Source of the DNA: a virus
Taxonomy: Duplodnaviria; Caudoviricetes
Reading direction: 5' to 3' (one strand)
Virus record (IMG/VR): IMGVR_UViG_3300032321_000191
Coordinates: 1-39,202 of that record
Length of the DNA: 39,202 bases
Position 1 is the stretch's first letter. Every line of letters starts with the position of its first letter. The position numbers were made by a program, and so were the translations under genes. Below the pieces are notes generated by a model that did no database searches, had not been told where the DNA came from, and saw only the letters and a list, made by a program, of their open reading frames with translations. This document shows, piece after piece, positions 1 through 8,877 of this stretch.

Positions 1-507
1 AAATGCGACTGCGGTAGACCTGAATACACACTCGATCATTACAACTTCAAACACTTTAAAAGTACCCGGTGCAATCCGTGCGCTCTTGCAAAGTCTCGCG
101 AAACATATAGGAAAAGCTATTGGGTATACGCAGACGCCATGTCAGATGACCTGCACCGCGAACGGTTACTTAACCGCATATCCGCAGCAATCACCCGATG
201 TCACAATCCCGAAAACCGTATGTACCCGTCTTACGGGGGCAGAGGTATATTTGTCTGCGAAGAATGGCGGAATGACAGGCGAGCGTTCTTACGGTATGTC
301 CAATTACTCGATGGGTGGGACGTACCAGAGTATGAAATGGACCGGACCGATAACGACAAAGGGTATGAACCCGGAAACATCAGGTTTGTTCCGCGAGGAG
401 ATAACCTTAGAAACCGTAGGAAAATACCTGTCATGCAATCAAGAATACAAAAACTTGAGGCAGAACTTGATGACCTACGATCTCGCCTTCGCGGGGCCAC
501 AGAATAG
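1..507 (+). CDS. HNH homing endonuclease, nested out of frame within the intein (5'-truncated)
   Basis: Frame 1 is open from nt 1: KCDCG...RCNPC Cys motifs, RCHNP....YPSYGGRGIFVCEEW, MDRTDNDKGYEPGNIRFV...NLRNRR, a typical phage HNH signature. Stop TAG 505-507. Confidence 0.88.
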   Translation, partial: KCDCGRPEYTLDHYNFKHFKSTRCNPCALAKSRETYRKSYWVYADAMSDDLHRERLLNRISAAITRCHNPENRMYPSYGGRGIFVCEEWRNDRRAFLRYVQLLDGWDVPEYEMDRTDNDKGYEPGNIRFVPRGDNLRNRRKIPVMQSRIQKLEAELDDLRSRLRGATE

Positions 508-550
508 ATTTACGGTTCTAACAGATGCTGGCCCCATCATTGTTCATAAC
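2..550 (+). mobile_element. Intein in PolA motif B (C-terminal part; N-terminus outside window)
   Basis: Block F/G-like TYDLAFAGPQNRFTVLTDAGPIIVHN ends His-Asn at 545-550, followed by Cys (551-553) as the +1 nucleophile at the start of CGYG. Confidence 0.9.
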
Positions 551-1135
551 TGCGGATATGGCACAGGCTGGAAAAAACTTCAGAGTGAACTCAAAGCTGC
601 GGGCGTAACCCTACCCGACCATGAGTGCAAGGAGATGATCCGGGTTTACCGTAGTGCCTCAGATAAAATCATCAAGCTATGGCGGGAAGCGCAGTCTGCG
701 TTGGTGTCAATGATTAACGCCGAGGACTACAAAATTGGTGTCCAGAACTGCATGAAGTTTCATCACGACGGGTTCATCCTTCCGTCTGGGTACAAGATCC
801 TGTATCCCAACATGGGGTTTGAGGAAGAAGACGGCAACCAAAGCTTTCACTACGTTGGGCGTAAAGGCAAGACTTACTTATGGAGCGGTAGCGTTGTCGA
901 AAACATCGTGCAGGGGCTGGCCCGCTGTGTCATATCAGATCAGATGCTGTTGATCGCTAAAAGGTATCGACCTGTTTTGACAGTCCATGACGCGGTTGCT
1001 ATAGTAGTACCCCAAGATGAAAAAGACGAAGCAATCAAATTCATTGAAAAGTGCATGAGTACAGTGCCAGTGTGGGCACAAGGGTTGCCGGTCGCCTGTG
1101 AATCCGGTCACGGTTACAGTTACGGAGATTGTTAA
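2..1135 (+). CDS. polA: Family A DNA polymerase, C-terminal part (5'-truncated by window), intein-containing
   Basis: Frame 2 is open from nt 2 to TAA 1133-1135. After the intein end it reads CGYGTG (end of motif B), ILPSG..I.YP, ENIVQGLAR and motif C VLTVHDAV, ending W..GLPVACE.G.G.SYGDC as in phage PolA. Confidence 0.93.
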   Translation, partial: NATAVDLNTHSIITTSNTLKVPGAIRALLQSLAKHIGKAIGYTQTPCQMTCTANGYLTAYPQQSPDVTIPKTVCTRLTGAEVYLSAKNGGMTGERSYGMSNYSMGGTYQSMKWTGPITTKGMNPETSGLFREEITLETVGKYLSCNQEYKNLRQNLMTYDLAFAGPQNRFTVLTDAGPIIVHNCGYGTGWKKLQSELKAAGVTLPDHECKEMIRVYRSASDKIIKLWREAQSALVSMINAEDYKIGVQNCMKFHHDGFILPSGYKILYPNMGFEEEDGNQSFHYVGRKGKTYLWSGSVVENIVQGLARCVISDQMLLIAKRYRPVLTVHDAVAIVVPQDEKDEAIKFIEKCMSTVPVWAQGLPVACESGHGYSYGDC

Positions 1136-1365
1136 TGGTTGTCGATTACGCAGAACACGTTATTAGACTCAGGAAGTTTCTGAAGGATTCCGAGAAAGCG
1201 TTGCTTAATAGTCAGTGGGATGAGGCAAGTAGCTTGGCTGTTGATTCTGTGGTAGAACTCAGACTCCTTCAATCGCAGATCAAACTCCTAAAAGAAAATG
1301 GCGGAACACCCTATCAGACTAGCGTGGAGTTTTTCGGGGATCAAGAATTACGAAACGTGTCCTAA
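1135..1365 (+). CDS. Hypothetical protein
   Basis: ATG at 1135 overlaps the polA stop (TAATG); GGAG upstream; helical-looking 76-aa product. Confidence 0.65.
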   Translation: MVVDYAEHVIRLRKFLKDSEKALLNSQWDEASSLAVDSVVELRLLQSQIKLLKENGGTPYQTSVEFFGDQELRNVS

Positions 1366-1981
1366 GAAGTATTACCACCTCAAGGTAGCCAAGGACGTAC
1401 AGGATGAACCGGGGGAACACGCGATGTACGGCACTGCCGTGCATCTGGCGGCGGAAGAATACGTTAAAGATGGTAAGCCGCTACCCCCGCAGTTCGCGTT
1501 TATGCAGTCTCAGCTTGACTACCTTACACAGATCCCCGGTGAGAAACTTTGTGAATACGAGATGGGTTTACGGGTTGATCTGACCCCATGTGGGTTCAAT
1601 GATCATGATTACTTTTTCCGTGGTATTGCAGACCTGATTATCTTGGACCGAGAAAAGCGTAGGGCGTTCATCGTTGACTACAAGACCGGTAAATCCTCAC
1701 GCTATGCAGATACAGGACAGTTAGACTTGATGGCTCTCGCGGTGTTTAAACACTTCCCAGAAGTCGATACTATCCGTGCGGGGCTTTTGTTTTGCGTTGC
1801 GAATGACTTCATCAAGCGATACTATTCGCGTACAGACTGCTCTGACCTTCCCGAAAGGTTTAAGGATGCTTTGTTCCGGCTGGAAGCCTCAATGAAGAAC
1901 GGCGTCTTTAACGCAAAAACGTCAGGGCTTTGTCGAAACTTCTGCCCCGTGTTGCAGTGTACCCACAACGGAAAACGGTAA
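1298..1981 (+). CDS. PD-(D/E)XK exonuclease (Cas4/RecB-like)
   Basis: WSFS.IK.YETCPKKYY, GTAVH, RGIADL, IVDYKTGK, QL.LMAL, C-terminal LC..FCPV..C.HN. Confidence 0.9.
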   Translation: MAEHPIRLAWSFSGIKNYETCPKKYYHLKVAKDVQDEPGEHAMYGTAVHLAAEEYVKDGKPLPPQFAFMQSQLDYLTQIPGEKLCEYEMGLRVDLTPCGFNDHDYFFRGIADLIILDREKRRAFIVDYKTGKSSRYADTGQLDLMALAVFKHFPEVDTIRAGLLFCVANDFIKRYYSRTDCSDLPERFKDALFRLEASMKNGVFNAKTSGLCRNFCPVLQCTHNGKR

Positions 1982-2256
1982 TGCCTTATACCAAGTCCCC
2001 GCGCCCGTATGCCCACGAGTGGGAGATGGAACAGAAGCGTAACGAGAAGCCTGCAAGGGCGGCTCGGGCCAAGGCGCGTAGGGACATGGATGCCAAAGGT
2101 ATTGATCGTAAGGGTAAGGTGATTGACCATATCACCCCGCTCAGTAAAGGTGGTAGCAGCACTCCGGGTAACTTAAGACTTACTACCCGCGCAAAGAATG
2201 CTTCGTTTAGTCGTAATAGCGATGGTTCGGTAAAGAAGAACGTTCCTAAGAAATAA
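1981..2256 (+). CDS. Small HNH endonuclease-like protein
   Basis: ATG 1981 overlaps upstream stop (TAATG); DHITPLSKGG....NLRL....N HNH core. Confidence 0.8.
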   Translation: MPYTKSPRPYAHEWEMEQKRNEKPARAARAKARRDMDAKGIDRKGKVIDHITPLSKGGSSTPGNLRLTTRAKNASFSRNSDGSVKKNVPKK

Positions 2257-2261
2257 GTTTT

Positions 2262-2370
2262 TGATGTGGGTACTGCGTCAGGTGTGAGTGGCAGTATTCG
2301 GCCTCCGGGTTACACAACAAACCGCATCAGCTAGCCAAGGTACCTCTCCTACTCCGGGCCGAGGGCTAGC
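2262..2370 (+). ncRNA. Candidate structured RNA element upstream of the helicase gene
   Basis: Pairings seen by eye: 2262-2269/2322-2329, 2270-2276/2291-2297 and 2330-2336/2364-2370 in a 208-nt non-coding gap. Confidence 0.4.
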
Positions 2371-2377
2371 ATCTTCA

Positions 2378-2408
2378 GAGCAAAGTGGATTCCACTTTAG
2401 CTCTTTTT
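2378..2408 (+). terminator. Putative intrinsic terminator or palindromic operator
   Basis: AGAGC-AAAGTGGA-T-TCCACTTT-A-GCTCT followed by a T-run. Confidence 0.5.
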
Positions 2409-2464
2409 GTGTTGCTTACAAAAGTTGTACTTGTAGATAGTTCAACTAAATGGAACTGTAACTA

Positions 2465-4033
2465 ATGGAAATTGTTGGTGATAAAGCTCTAGTTATTCGC
2501 ACCCGTAACCCCCAAAAGATTATTGATGCCATACCTAAAAGCGAGATATTGAAACGGGGAGAGGATCTATCAGAAGTGGCGGTTAACTGGGGGCTGGACG
2601 AAACCTTGGTGCTACATAACTTGGGGTACAGCAAGGCACCTTCGCCGATTATCAGCAGATATAAGTGGTGCGGCATACACACCCCATTCGCACACCAGAA
2701 AGAAACCGCCGCGTTTCTTACAACCAATCACAGATGTTTTGTGCTTAACGAGGCGGGAACTGGTAAAACGTCGGCGGCGATCTGGGCGGCTGACTACCTG
2801 ATGAAAAAGGGCAGAGTAAACCGTGTGCTGATTATCGCCCCCCTGTCCATCCTGTCTTCGGCGTGGCAGTCTGATCTCTTCAAAGTCGCTATGCACCGAA
2901 CAGTCTCTGTTGCCCACGGTGCTGCAAATAAGCGCAAGCAAATAATCAAGGAAGGTTCAGAGTTCGTAATTATTAACTATGACGGAGTAGAAGTAGTAGT
3001 CGATGAAATCTTGGAGGGCGGCTTTGATCTAATCATTGCCGATGAATGCACGAGCCTTAAGAACCCATCGACAAAACGATGGAAGACTGTAAAGAAAATA
3101 ATTAAACCCAACACCCGGTTATGGATGATGACCGGCACCCCTGCCGCACAGTCCCCCCTAGATGCCTACGGTATGGCTAAGCTAGTCAACCCTGAACAGG
3201 TTCCGAGAACGTTCGGAGGGTGGCGCGATATGACGATGCAGCACATATCTCAGTTCCGTTGGATACCGAAACCACGAGCCAAGGAAATAGTTCATGCTGC
3301 GCTGCAACCAGCTATACGGTTCACCAAGGAAGAATGCTTAGACCTACCCGATGTGATTTACATGACCCGCGATGTGGAGCTTACGCCACAGCAGAAACGA
3401 TACTACGAAGTGCTACGCAAGGAGATGCTATTCTCCGCATCCGGTGAGGAGGTTACGGCAGTTAATGCCGCAACAAAGATGGGCAAGCTGCTACAGATCA
3501 GCGGCGGCGCGGTGTACACAGACGACAAGCAGATCCTTGAGTTTGATGTATCCAACCGGATGAATGTGTTGAAAGAAGTTCTGGATGAGACATCGAACAA
3601 GGCGATTGTCTTTGCGCCTTACCGACACACCATAGAATTGTTAAGAGTTTTCTTAGAGAAAGAAGGCATTAGTGTAGAGCTAATTCACGGTGATGTTTCT
3701 GTAAATAAACGTACAGATATATTTAATAGGTTCCAGACACAATCTGACCCAAAGGTGCTGGTCATCCAACCGCAAGCCGCCTCACATGGGGTAACCCTCA
3801 CGGCAGCAGACAACGTGATCTTCTGGTCGCCGGTCACTTCGGTTGAGACTTACATCCAGTGCATAGCACGTATGGACCGGTTCGGCCAGAAGAACAAGAT
3901 GACCGTCACCCACCTACAGGGCAGCGAGGTCGAGCGCAAATTGTATAAAGCGTTACAAGATCGTAAAAACTTGCATGAGGAGCTAGTCGCACTGTACCGG
4001 GGCTTGACATCCGATGCAGTTGTGGTAAAGTAG
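2465..4033 (+). CDS. SNF2-family (SF2) DNA helicase
   Basis: PFAHQ, Walker A EAGTGKT, IINYDG, Walker B IADECT, MTGTP, CLDLP, ASHGVTLTAA, QCIARMDRFGQ. Confidence 0.95.
   Translation: MEIVGDKALVIRTRNPQKIIDAIPKSEILKRGEDLSEVAVNWGLDETLVLHNLGYSKAPSPIISRYKWCGIHTPFAHQKETAAFLTTNHRCFVLNEAGTGKTSAAIWAADYLMKKGRVNRVLIIAPLSILSSAWQSDLFKVAMHRTVSVAHGAANKRKQIIKEGSEFVIINYDGVEVVVDEILEGGFDLIIADECTSLKNPSTKRWKTVKKIIKPNTRLWMMTGTPAAQSPLDAYGMAKLVNPEQVPRTFGGWRDMTMQHISQFRWIPKPRAKEIVHAALQPAIRFTKEECLDLPDVIYMTRDVELTPQQKRYYEVLRKEMLFSASGEEVTAVNAATKMGKLLQISGGAVYTDDKQILEFDVSNRMNVLKEVLDETSNKAIVFAPYRHTIELLRVFLEKEGISVELIHGDVSVNKRTDIFNRFQTQSDPKVLVIQPQAASHGVTLTAADNVIFWSPVTSVETYIQCIARMDRFGQKNKMTVTHLQGSEVERKLYKALQDRKNLHEELVALYRGLTSDAVVVK
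4004..4031 (+). promoter_or_regulatory. Sigma70-like promoter
   Basis: TTGACA (4004-4009), 16-nt spacer ending in TGG, TAAAGT (4026-4031); lies 41 nt before the GGAG-preceded ATG at 4073. Confidence 0.6.
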
Positions 4034-4072
4034 GAACCCCTAGTAGTAAAACGTAACTTACCGGAGTCAACA

Positions 4073-4462
4073 ATGAGTACACCAGATCAGCTTGTACGGG
4101 TCTACATCAAGATCCGTGATGTGCGCAGTAAACTGAAGGCCGAGTACGACGCGCAGGACAAAGAGCTTGAGGACCAGATGGGTCTGCTTCAGGCAGAGCT
4201 TCTTACCTTCTGCGAGGACAGTAACTTGGATTCGATCAAGACTTCCTACGGTACTGCATCCCGTACCATCAAGGAGCGTTTCTGGACTAGCGATTGGGAT
4301 GAGTTTCGTAAATTCGTTAAGGAGAACGACGCACTGGATTTGTTTGAGAAGCGCATTCATCAGGCTGGCATGAAGCAGTTCTTGGAGGAGAACCCCGAGA
4401 AGCTTCCAGTTGGTCTTAACATCTCGCGTGAATACGCGATTTCTGTGAGGAAACCGAAATGA
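4073..4462 (+). CDS. Phage replication-module protein (coiled-coil plus KT..GT motif; possibly Gam-like)
   Basis: SD GGAG; YIKIRD coiled-coil, SIKTSYGT, DWDEF..FV...DALDLFEKRI, P.GLN. Confidence 0.75.
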   Translation: MSTPDQLVRVYIKIRDVRSKLKAEYDAQDKELEDQMGLLQAELLTFCEDSNLDSIKTSYGTASRTIKERFWTSDWDEFRKFVKENDALDLFEKRIHQAGMKQFLEENPEKLPVGLNISREYAISVRKPK

Positions 4463-4689
4463 GCTTTGTAGCTAAGACAGGTAGCTGGGTTGTTGAGCTT
4501 AGTAATGGCGAAGAATCATATGAGATTGCTTGGGTCAACTACGACAGTGATAACGGCGACGTTCAAGTACAGTTTGCCGATGAGGATGTATTAGCCTTTA
4601 GTTCCCCCGAGCAGTTTGAAGCATTGTTTGCACAAGTGATGACGGCGGTTAAAGCCGCTTTTGACCAAAACAAAGGACGGATTCAATGA
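4459..4689 (+). CDS. Hypothetical acidic protein
   Basis: ATGA overlaps at both ends; GAGG upstream. Confidence 0.7.
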   Translation: MSFVAKTGSWVVELSNGEESYEIAWVNYDSDNGDVQVQFADEDVLAFSSPEQFEALFAQVMTAVKAAFDQNKGRIQ

Positions 4690-5639
4690 GTACAGAACTT
4701 TCTATTTTCAAAGCTGGTCTTCCCGCTTATCTCAAAGCCGATGGGTTGGATGCCGACACTAAGGCAATGGCTGGCGGCGGTACCTACAAGCGTATCTCCC
4801 TGCGCGGCAAGGCGTTCCGGATGGTTGTGGGTAACGAAGAGATCGCAGTCCGGGAAGAGCGGGCGATGCCTATCGTCATCGTGCGGATGGCGCACTCCGA
4901 CTCGCGTACCTTCTTTGAGGGTGCCTATGTCGAGGGTCAAGCTACTCCCCCGTCGTGTTGGTCTACTGAAGGTGTGGTGCCCGACGAAGGTGTTGAGAAC
5001 CCCCAGTCGAAGTCCTGCGCTACCTGCCCCAACAACATCAAGGGTTCGGGTAAGGGTGAGTCCAAGGCGTGTAGCACGAGCCGCCGTATGGCAGTGGTGC
5101 TGGCGGATGATATCGAGGGTGATATCTATCAGTTGGTCATGCCGTCTACTTCGGTCTATGGCAAGGGAGAGCAAAACAAGTGGCCGCTCAAGCAGTATGT
5201 TCAGTACCTTGCCGCAAACGGTGTGCAGGCCCGCGCCGCTGTGACCGAGATGAAGTTTGACATTAATGCTGATGGTATCAAGCTGGTGTTCCGTCCGACC
5301 AAGCTGCTCAGTCAGGAAGAGTACGAGATCGTCTGCGCCCGTGGCGAAGAGCCGGAAGCGGTCAACGCGCTGAAGATGTCGGTTTCACAAACTGATGGTG
5401 TCAAGGCAAAGGCTAAAGCCGCCCCTGCGGTTGCTGCTAAGCCCGTGATCCCCGCCAAGCCGCCGATTGTTGCCGAAGAGTTTGCTGATGAAGACGACGG
5501 TGTTGTTGATGTTGTAGAAGTACAACAGGAAGCCGCCCCGGTTCGACGCGCAACAAAGGCCGCTGAAAAGCCTGTTACTCCCCCTGATGACAAGATGAAA
5601 AACCTTCTGTCAAAGTGGGATGACGACGGGGAGGAGTAA
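4686..5639 (+). CDS. Putative ssDNA-binding/annealing protein
   Basis: RIS.RG..FR start, C...CATCPNN...KAC metal motif, Ala/Pro linker, acidic tail WDDDGEE; position between helicase and primase. Confidence 0.65.
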   Translation: MSTELSIFKAGLPAYLKADGLDADTKAMAGGGTYKRISLRGKAFRMVVGNEEIAVREERAMPIVIVRMAHSDSRTFFEGAYVEGQATPPSCWSTEGVVPDEGVENPQSKSCATCPNNIKGSGKGESKACSTSRRMAVVLADDIEGDIYQLVMPSTSVYGKGEQNKWPLKQYVQYLAANGVQARAAVTEMKFDINADGIKLVFRPTKLLSQEEYEIVCARGEEPEAVNALKMSVSQTDGVKAKAKAAPAVAAKPVIPAKPPIVAEEFADEDDGVVDVVEVQQEAAPVRRATKAAEKPVTPPDDKMKNLLSKWDDDGEE

Positions 5640-5642
5640 CCC

Positions 5643-5963
5643 ATGTCGGTCTATGCTTACTCAAGCCGTAGCATCGAGCGTATCAAACTGATGGAGCCGG
5701 GTGAGTTCAACGAAGTGTCTATTGGACTTTCTCGGATCTGTGTGGAGGCTAAAATCTCCCCACTTAACATCAGTCGGGCGCTGGGTGTTACCCGCCAAGC
5801 AGCTAACGCTTGGTTGCACGGTGGTATTATTGCCGAGCCGCGAAGACCAAAAGTCAGGCGGTTCATCGAGATTGTCAAGAACGATCTTGAAAGCGGGGTT
5901 TTACCTAAGACCAAGGGCAAAGACGTTATCGAATACGTCGAGAGCTTGAGGCATACCATCTAG
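5643..5963 (+). CDS. Helix-turn-helix DNA-binding protein
   Basis: ISRALGVTRQAANAWLHG Cro/XRE-like HTH; SD GGAGGAG. Confidence 0.75.
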   Translation: MSVYAYSSRSIERIKLMEPGEFNEVSIGLSRICVEAKISPLNISRALGVTRQAANAWLHGGIIAEPRRPKVRRFIEIVKNDLESGVLPKTKGKDVIEYVESLRHTI

Positions 5964-5992
5964 CGTTGTAGACTAAAACCCCGGCGTGGCAC

Positions 5993-6028
5993 AGGAGGAT
6001 CTGACATCAGTCGGTCCTCCTCTTTTTT
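5993..6028 (+). terminator. Intrinsic terminator-like hairpin before the primase-helicase
   Basis: AGGAGGA-T-CTGAC-ATCA-GTCGG-TCCTCCT followed by C and six T. Confidence 0.65.
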
Positions 6029-6039
6029 CGGAGTGGTGT

Positions 6040-8877
6040 GTGCGCGAATTTTACGAAAACGTTTTACCGGATGAGGGGCCGTACTGTGTATTTACGGCAG
6101 GAGGTGGATCAGTCAAGCAGTATTTCGCGGATGACATAGATTCGCTGTACAGCAAAATCGAAGAACTAAAAGTAAACCAGACCCAAGAAACCAAGCTCAA
6201 CATCTATTTTGCCGCTGGTCAGTTTTTAGATAAGACGAGTCGCCTAGCATCTAACTGTACCAAGGTACGTTCTTTCTTTATTGATATCGACTGCAAGGGC
6301 GGCGGTGCGAAGAACAGCCACGCAACCCAAGAAGACGCACTAAATGAATTGATCCGGTTCTGTAAGGAAACTTCCTTACCTCGCCCGGTGGTGATGGATT
6401 CGGGTAATGGCATCTGGGCTATCTGGCCGCTTGAAGAAGGTCTTGATAAATCAGAATGGCTTGAAACCGCGCAGCAGCTTAAGTTCATATGCCACAGAAA
6501 GAACTTTGTAATTGACCCATCAGTTACCCAAGACGCTGCCCGAGTCATCCGCTGCCCCGACACGATCAATTGGAACGGCGAACCAAAGACAGCCAGCCTG
6601 CTTACTAAAGTCAGACAGTATAAATACGAGAACCTTAAAGCGATCATCGAGTCTCAAGCCGAGGCGCTTGGGCACGTAAAGAAGAGCATCTTTCAGGGCA
6701 CGCTAATAACTAAGCCCGACCCCGATACCGAAGCTTTCCTGAATAATAAAAACGATGACTACGTAGCATCGTTCAAAAAGATCCTTGAGCTTGGTGACAG
6801 TGGTTGTCCACAGATTAACCTTATCGCTATGGATCAGGAGAACTGCCCCGAGCCGTTGTGGAGGGCGGGCTTATCGGTTGCCCATGCGTGTAAGTCAGAC
6901 GGCACCAAAGCGATCCACTTTATTTCAAAGAACCATTCAGGATACACGCGGCAGGGAACCGAAGCTAAAGCCGCCGGTACTGCGGGGCCGTTCAGATGTG
7001 AGACATTTGAGGCGACAAACCCCGGAGGGTGCAGCGACTGTGTACACATCGGCAGGCTCAGTTCTCCTATTCAGCTTGGCCGGGTGCTTAAGGAACTGCC
7101 GAAAGACAAGCCCGCCTTCCCTGATGAGTTGTTCCCGTTCATGCGTGGACCGAACGGTGGCATCTACTACCAGCCTGCACCAGAGTTTGATAAACAGACC
7201 AAGCAAAAAATCGACCAACAGATAGAACTTATCTACGAGAATGATATAGAAATCTCCAACCTTTACGTCTCAAGCGAGCATGGCGTGGTGCTTCAGATGA
7301 AGGTCTATTTCCCGAAAGACGAACCCGCTGAGTTTTATATGCCGTTGAAGTTTGTCGGGACCAGAGATAAATTTAAGGAGCTAATGTCATCGATAGGTGT
7401 CGTAGCCAACCTTGGTCAAATGGATAAACTAGCTATGTATACACAGAAGTGGGCAAAGTATTTGCAGAGCCAGAAAGCAGCAGATAAGTTAAGAGATCAG
7501 CTTGGGTGGGATGAGGAGAACGAAGCGTTTGCTCACCATGAAATTGAATACTTCAAGGACGGGCGGGAAGTCCATATCCCCCCATCATCTATTACAAAAG
7601 AAATTGTAAAGGCACAAAAGCCCCAAGGAACCCTTGATGGCTGGAAGGCTGCGTTTAACGGCTTTAACGTGCGTGGTGGTGAGATACATCAGTTCGCAGC
7701 ACTTACTGGGTTCGGTACACCGCTTATGAAATTCACTCAGAATAAGGGGTGCATGATTAACCTCTTCTCCACGCATTCAGGACACGGAAAGACGATCTGC
7801 CTGTATGCCTCCCTGTCTGTATGGGGCAGTCCCGAGAAGCTGATGGTAGGTAGTGCGAAGGGCGCGACGGTCAACGCTATGTTTCAACGTATGGCAGTGC
7901 AGAGAAACACCCCGTTTGTTATCGATGAAGGCACGAACTTCAAGCCCGAGGATCTCAGTGACTTTATTTACCAAGGGTCTATGGGAAGCTCCAAGGTACG
8001 GATGAACTCATCCAGCAACTCCGAGCGGGCTAACTTCGGTGGGTGGGCGCTGCTTACACTGTGTTCGGCTAACGAAGACTTCTCAACGAAGCTGGATCAG
8101 TACCGAAAAGATTCCAAGGGCGAGGCAGCACGACTCATCCAACTTGCGCTTGTTATGCCGGATGCTATGAAAGCGAACGAAGACGCCCTCCATCAGATTA
8201 ATTTTAACTACGGCCAAGCCGCCAGCATTTATATTCGGGAGTTGGTTAAGGATGTTGGTGCTGTAGCTAAGATTGTGAAGAAGTGGGATAAGCGTTTTAC
8301 CAAAGACTTCGGGGCTGGGCCTAAAGATCGGTTCTGGGTTTCAGCAGTCTCCGCTACGATGGCTGGCGGTGAGATCGCGCAGAGTCTTGATCTGCACAGG
8401 TTTGACCTTGAGAAAATCTACAGCCGTATTGTTAAAGAACTCCGCAGCATGGCAGATGAAGCAGAGTCTAATGTTCAGACTTCCGAGGATCTGCTTGCAG
8501 AATTTATTAACTTGAACATGACCTCGATGCTTGTCATGCCGGGTAGTGCAGCACCTGAAGGGCACCGGTACAAGAACCCAATGGGCGAAGACTTTATCCC
8601 TGCTAGAACCCCGAGCAATATGCGCGGCCTTGTCATGCGGGTAGAGAAAGACCCCGACTCTGTAGTGATTGCCAAGACACCTTTGTCAGACTTCTTGGGT
8701 AAGAACAACTACTCAGTCAAAGAGTTTGAAGCTACGCTTATTGCTAAGGGCATCTTGCAGGGACCGGCTAAGAAGATCCAGATGTCCCGTGGTTGGCGTG
8801 CCGGTGCGGATAACAGCACACTGGCTTATACTTTTAAATATTCTGTTGACGTAAATGTCGAGGCAGTCAATGAGTGA
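6040..8877 (+). CDS. Primase-helicase (primase-like N-terminus, Cys cluster, DUF927-type helicase)
   Basis: FFIDIDC, DSGNGIWAIW, DAARVIRCP.T.N; EPLWRAGLS, GPFRC..F....PGGC..C.H; QLGW, P-loop SGHGKT, IDE. GTG 6040 preceded by GGAG is preferred over 5986, which would run through the hairpin. Confidence 0.88.
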   Translation: MREFYENVLPDEGPYCVFTAGGGSVKQYFADDIDSLYSKIEELKVNQTQETKLNIYFAAGQFLDKTSRLASNCTKVRSFFIDIDCKGGGAKNSHATQEDALNELIRFCKETSLPRPVVMDSGNGIWAIWPLEEGLDKSEWLETAQQLKFICHRKNFVIDPSVTQDAARVIRCPDTINWNGEPKTASLLTKVRQYKYENLKAIIESQAEALGHVKKSIFQGTLITKPDPDTEAFLNNKNDDYVASFKKILELGDSGCPQINLIAMDQENCPEPLWRAGLSVAHACKSDGTKAIHFISKNHSGYTRQGTEAKAAGTAGPFRCETFEATNPGGCSDCVHIGRLSSPIQLGRVLKELPKDKPAFPDELFPFMRGPNGGIYYQPAPEFDKQTKQKIDQQIELIYENDIEISNLYVSSEHGVVLQMKVYFPKDEPAEFYMPLKFVGTRDKFKELMSSIGVVANLGQMDKLAMYTQKWAKYLQSQKAADKLRDQLGWDEENEAFAHHEIEYFKDGREVHIPPSSITKEIVKAQKPQGTLDGWKAAFNGFNVRGGEIHQFAALTGFGTPLMKFTQNKGCMINLFSTHSGHGKTICLYASLSVWGSPEKLMVGSAKGATVNAMFQRMAVQRNTPFVIDEGTNFKPEDLSDFIYQGSMGSSKVRMNSSSNSERANFGGWALLTLCSANEDFSTKLDQYRKDSKGEAARLIQLALVMPDAMKANEDALHQINFNYGQAASIYIRELVKDVGAVAKIVKKWDKRFTKDFGAGPKDRFWVSAVSATMAGGEIAQSLDLHRFDLEKIYSRIVKELRSMADEAESNVQTSEDLLAEFINLNMTSMLVMPGSAAPEGHRYKNPMGEDFIPARTPSNMRGLVMRVEKDPDSVVIAKTPLSDFLGKNNYSVKEFEATLIAKGILQGPAKKIQMSRGWRAGADNSTLAYTFKYSVDVNVEAVNE

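Noticed and set aside
86-1135. Track start of polA at TTG 86, and HNH start at ATG 139
   Set aside because: Both frames are open to the window edge; the true starts lie upstream.
1298-1981. Cas4-like nuclease as evidence of a CRISPR system
   Set aside because: No repeat-spacer array or other cas genes; such nucleases are common in phage replication modules.
2257-2464. tRNA in the intergenic gap
   Set aside because: No cloverleaf, T-loop GTTCRA or acceptor stem could be built.
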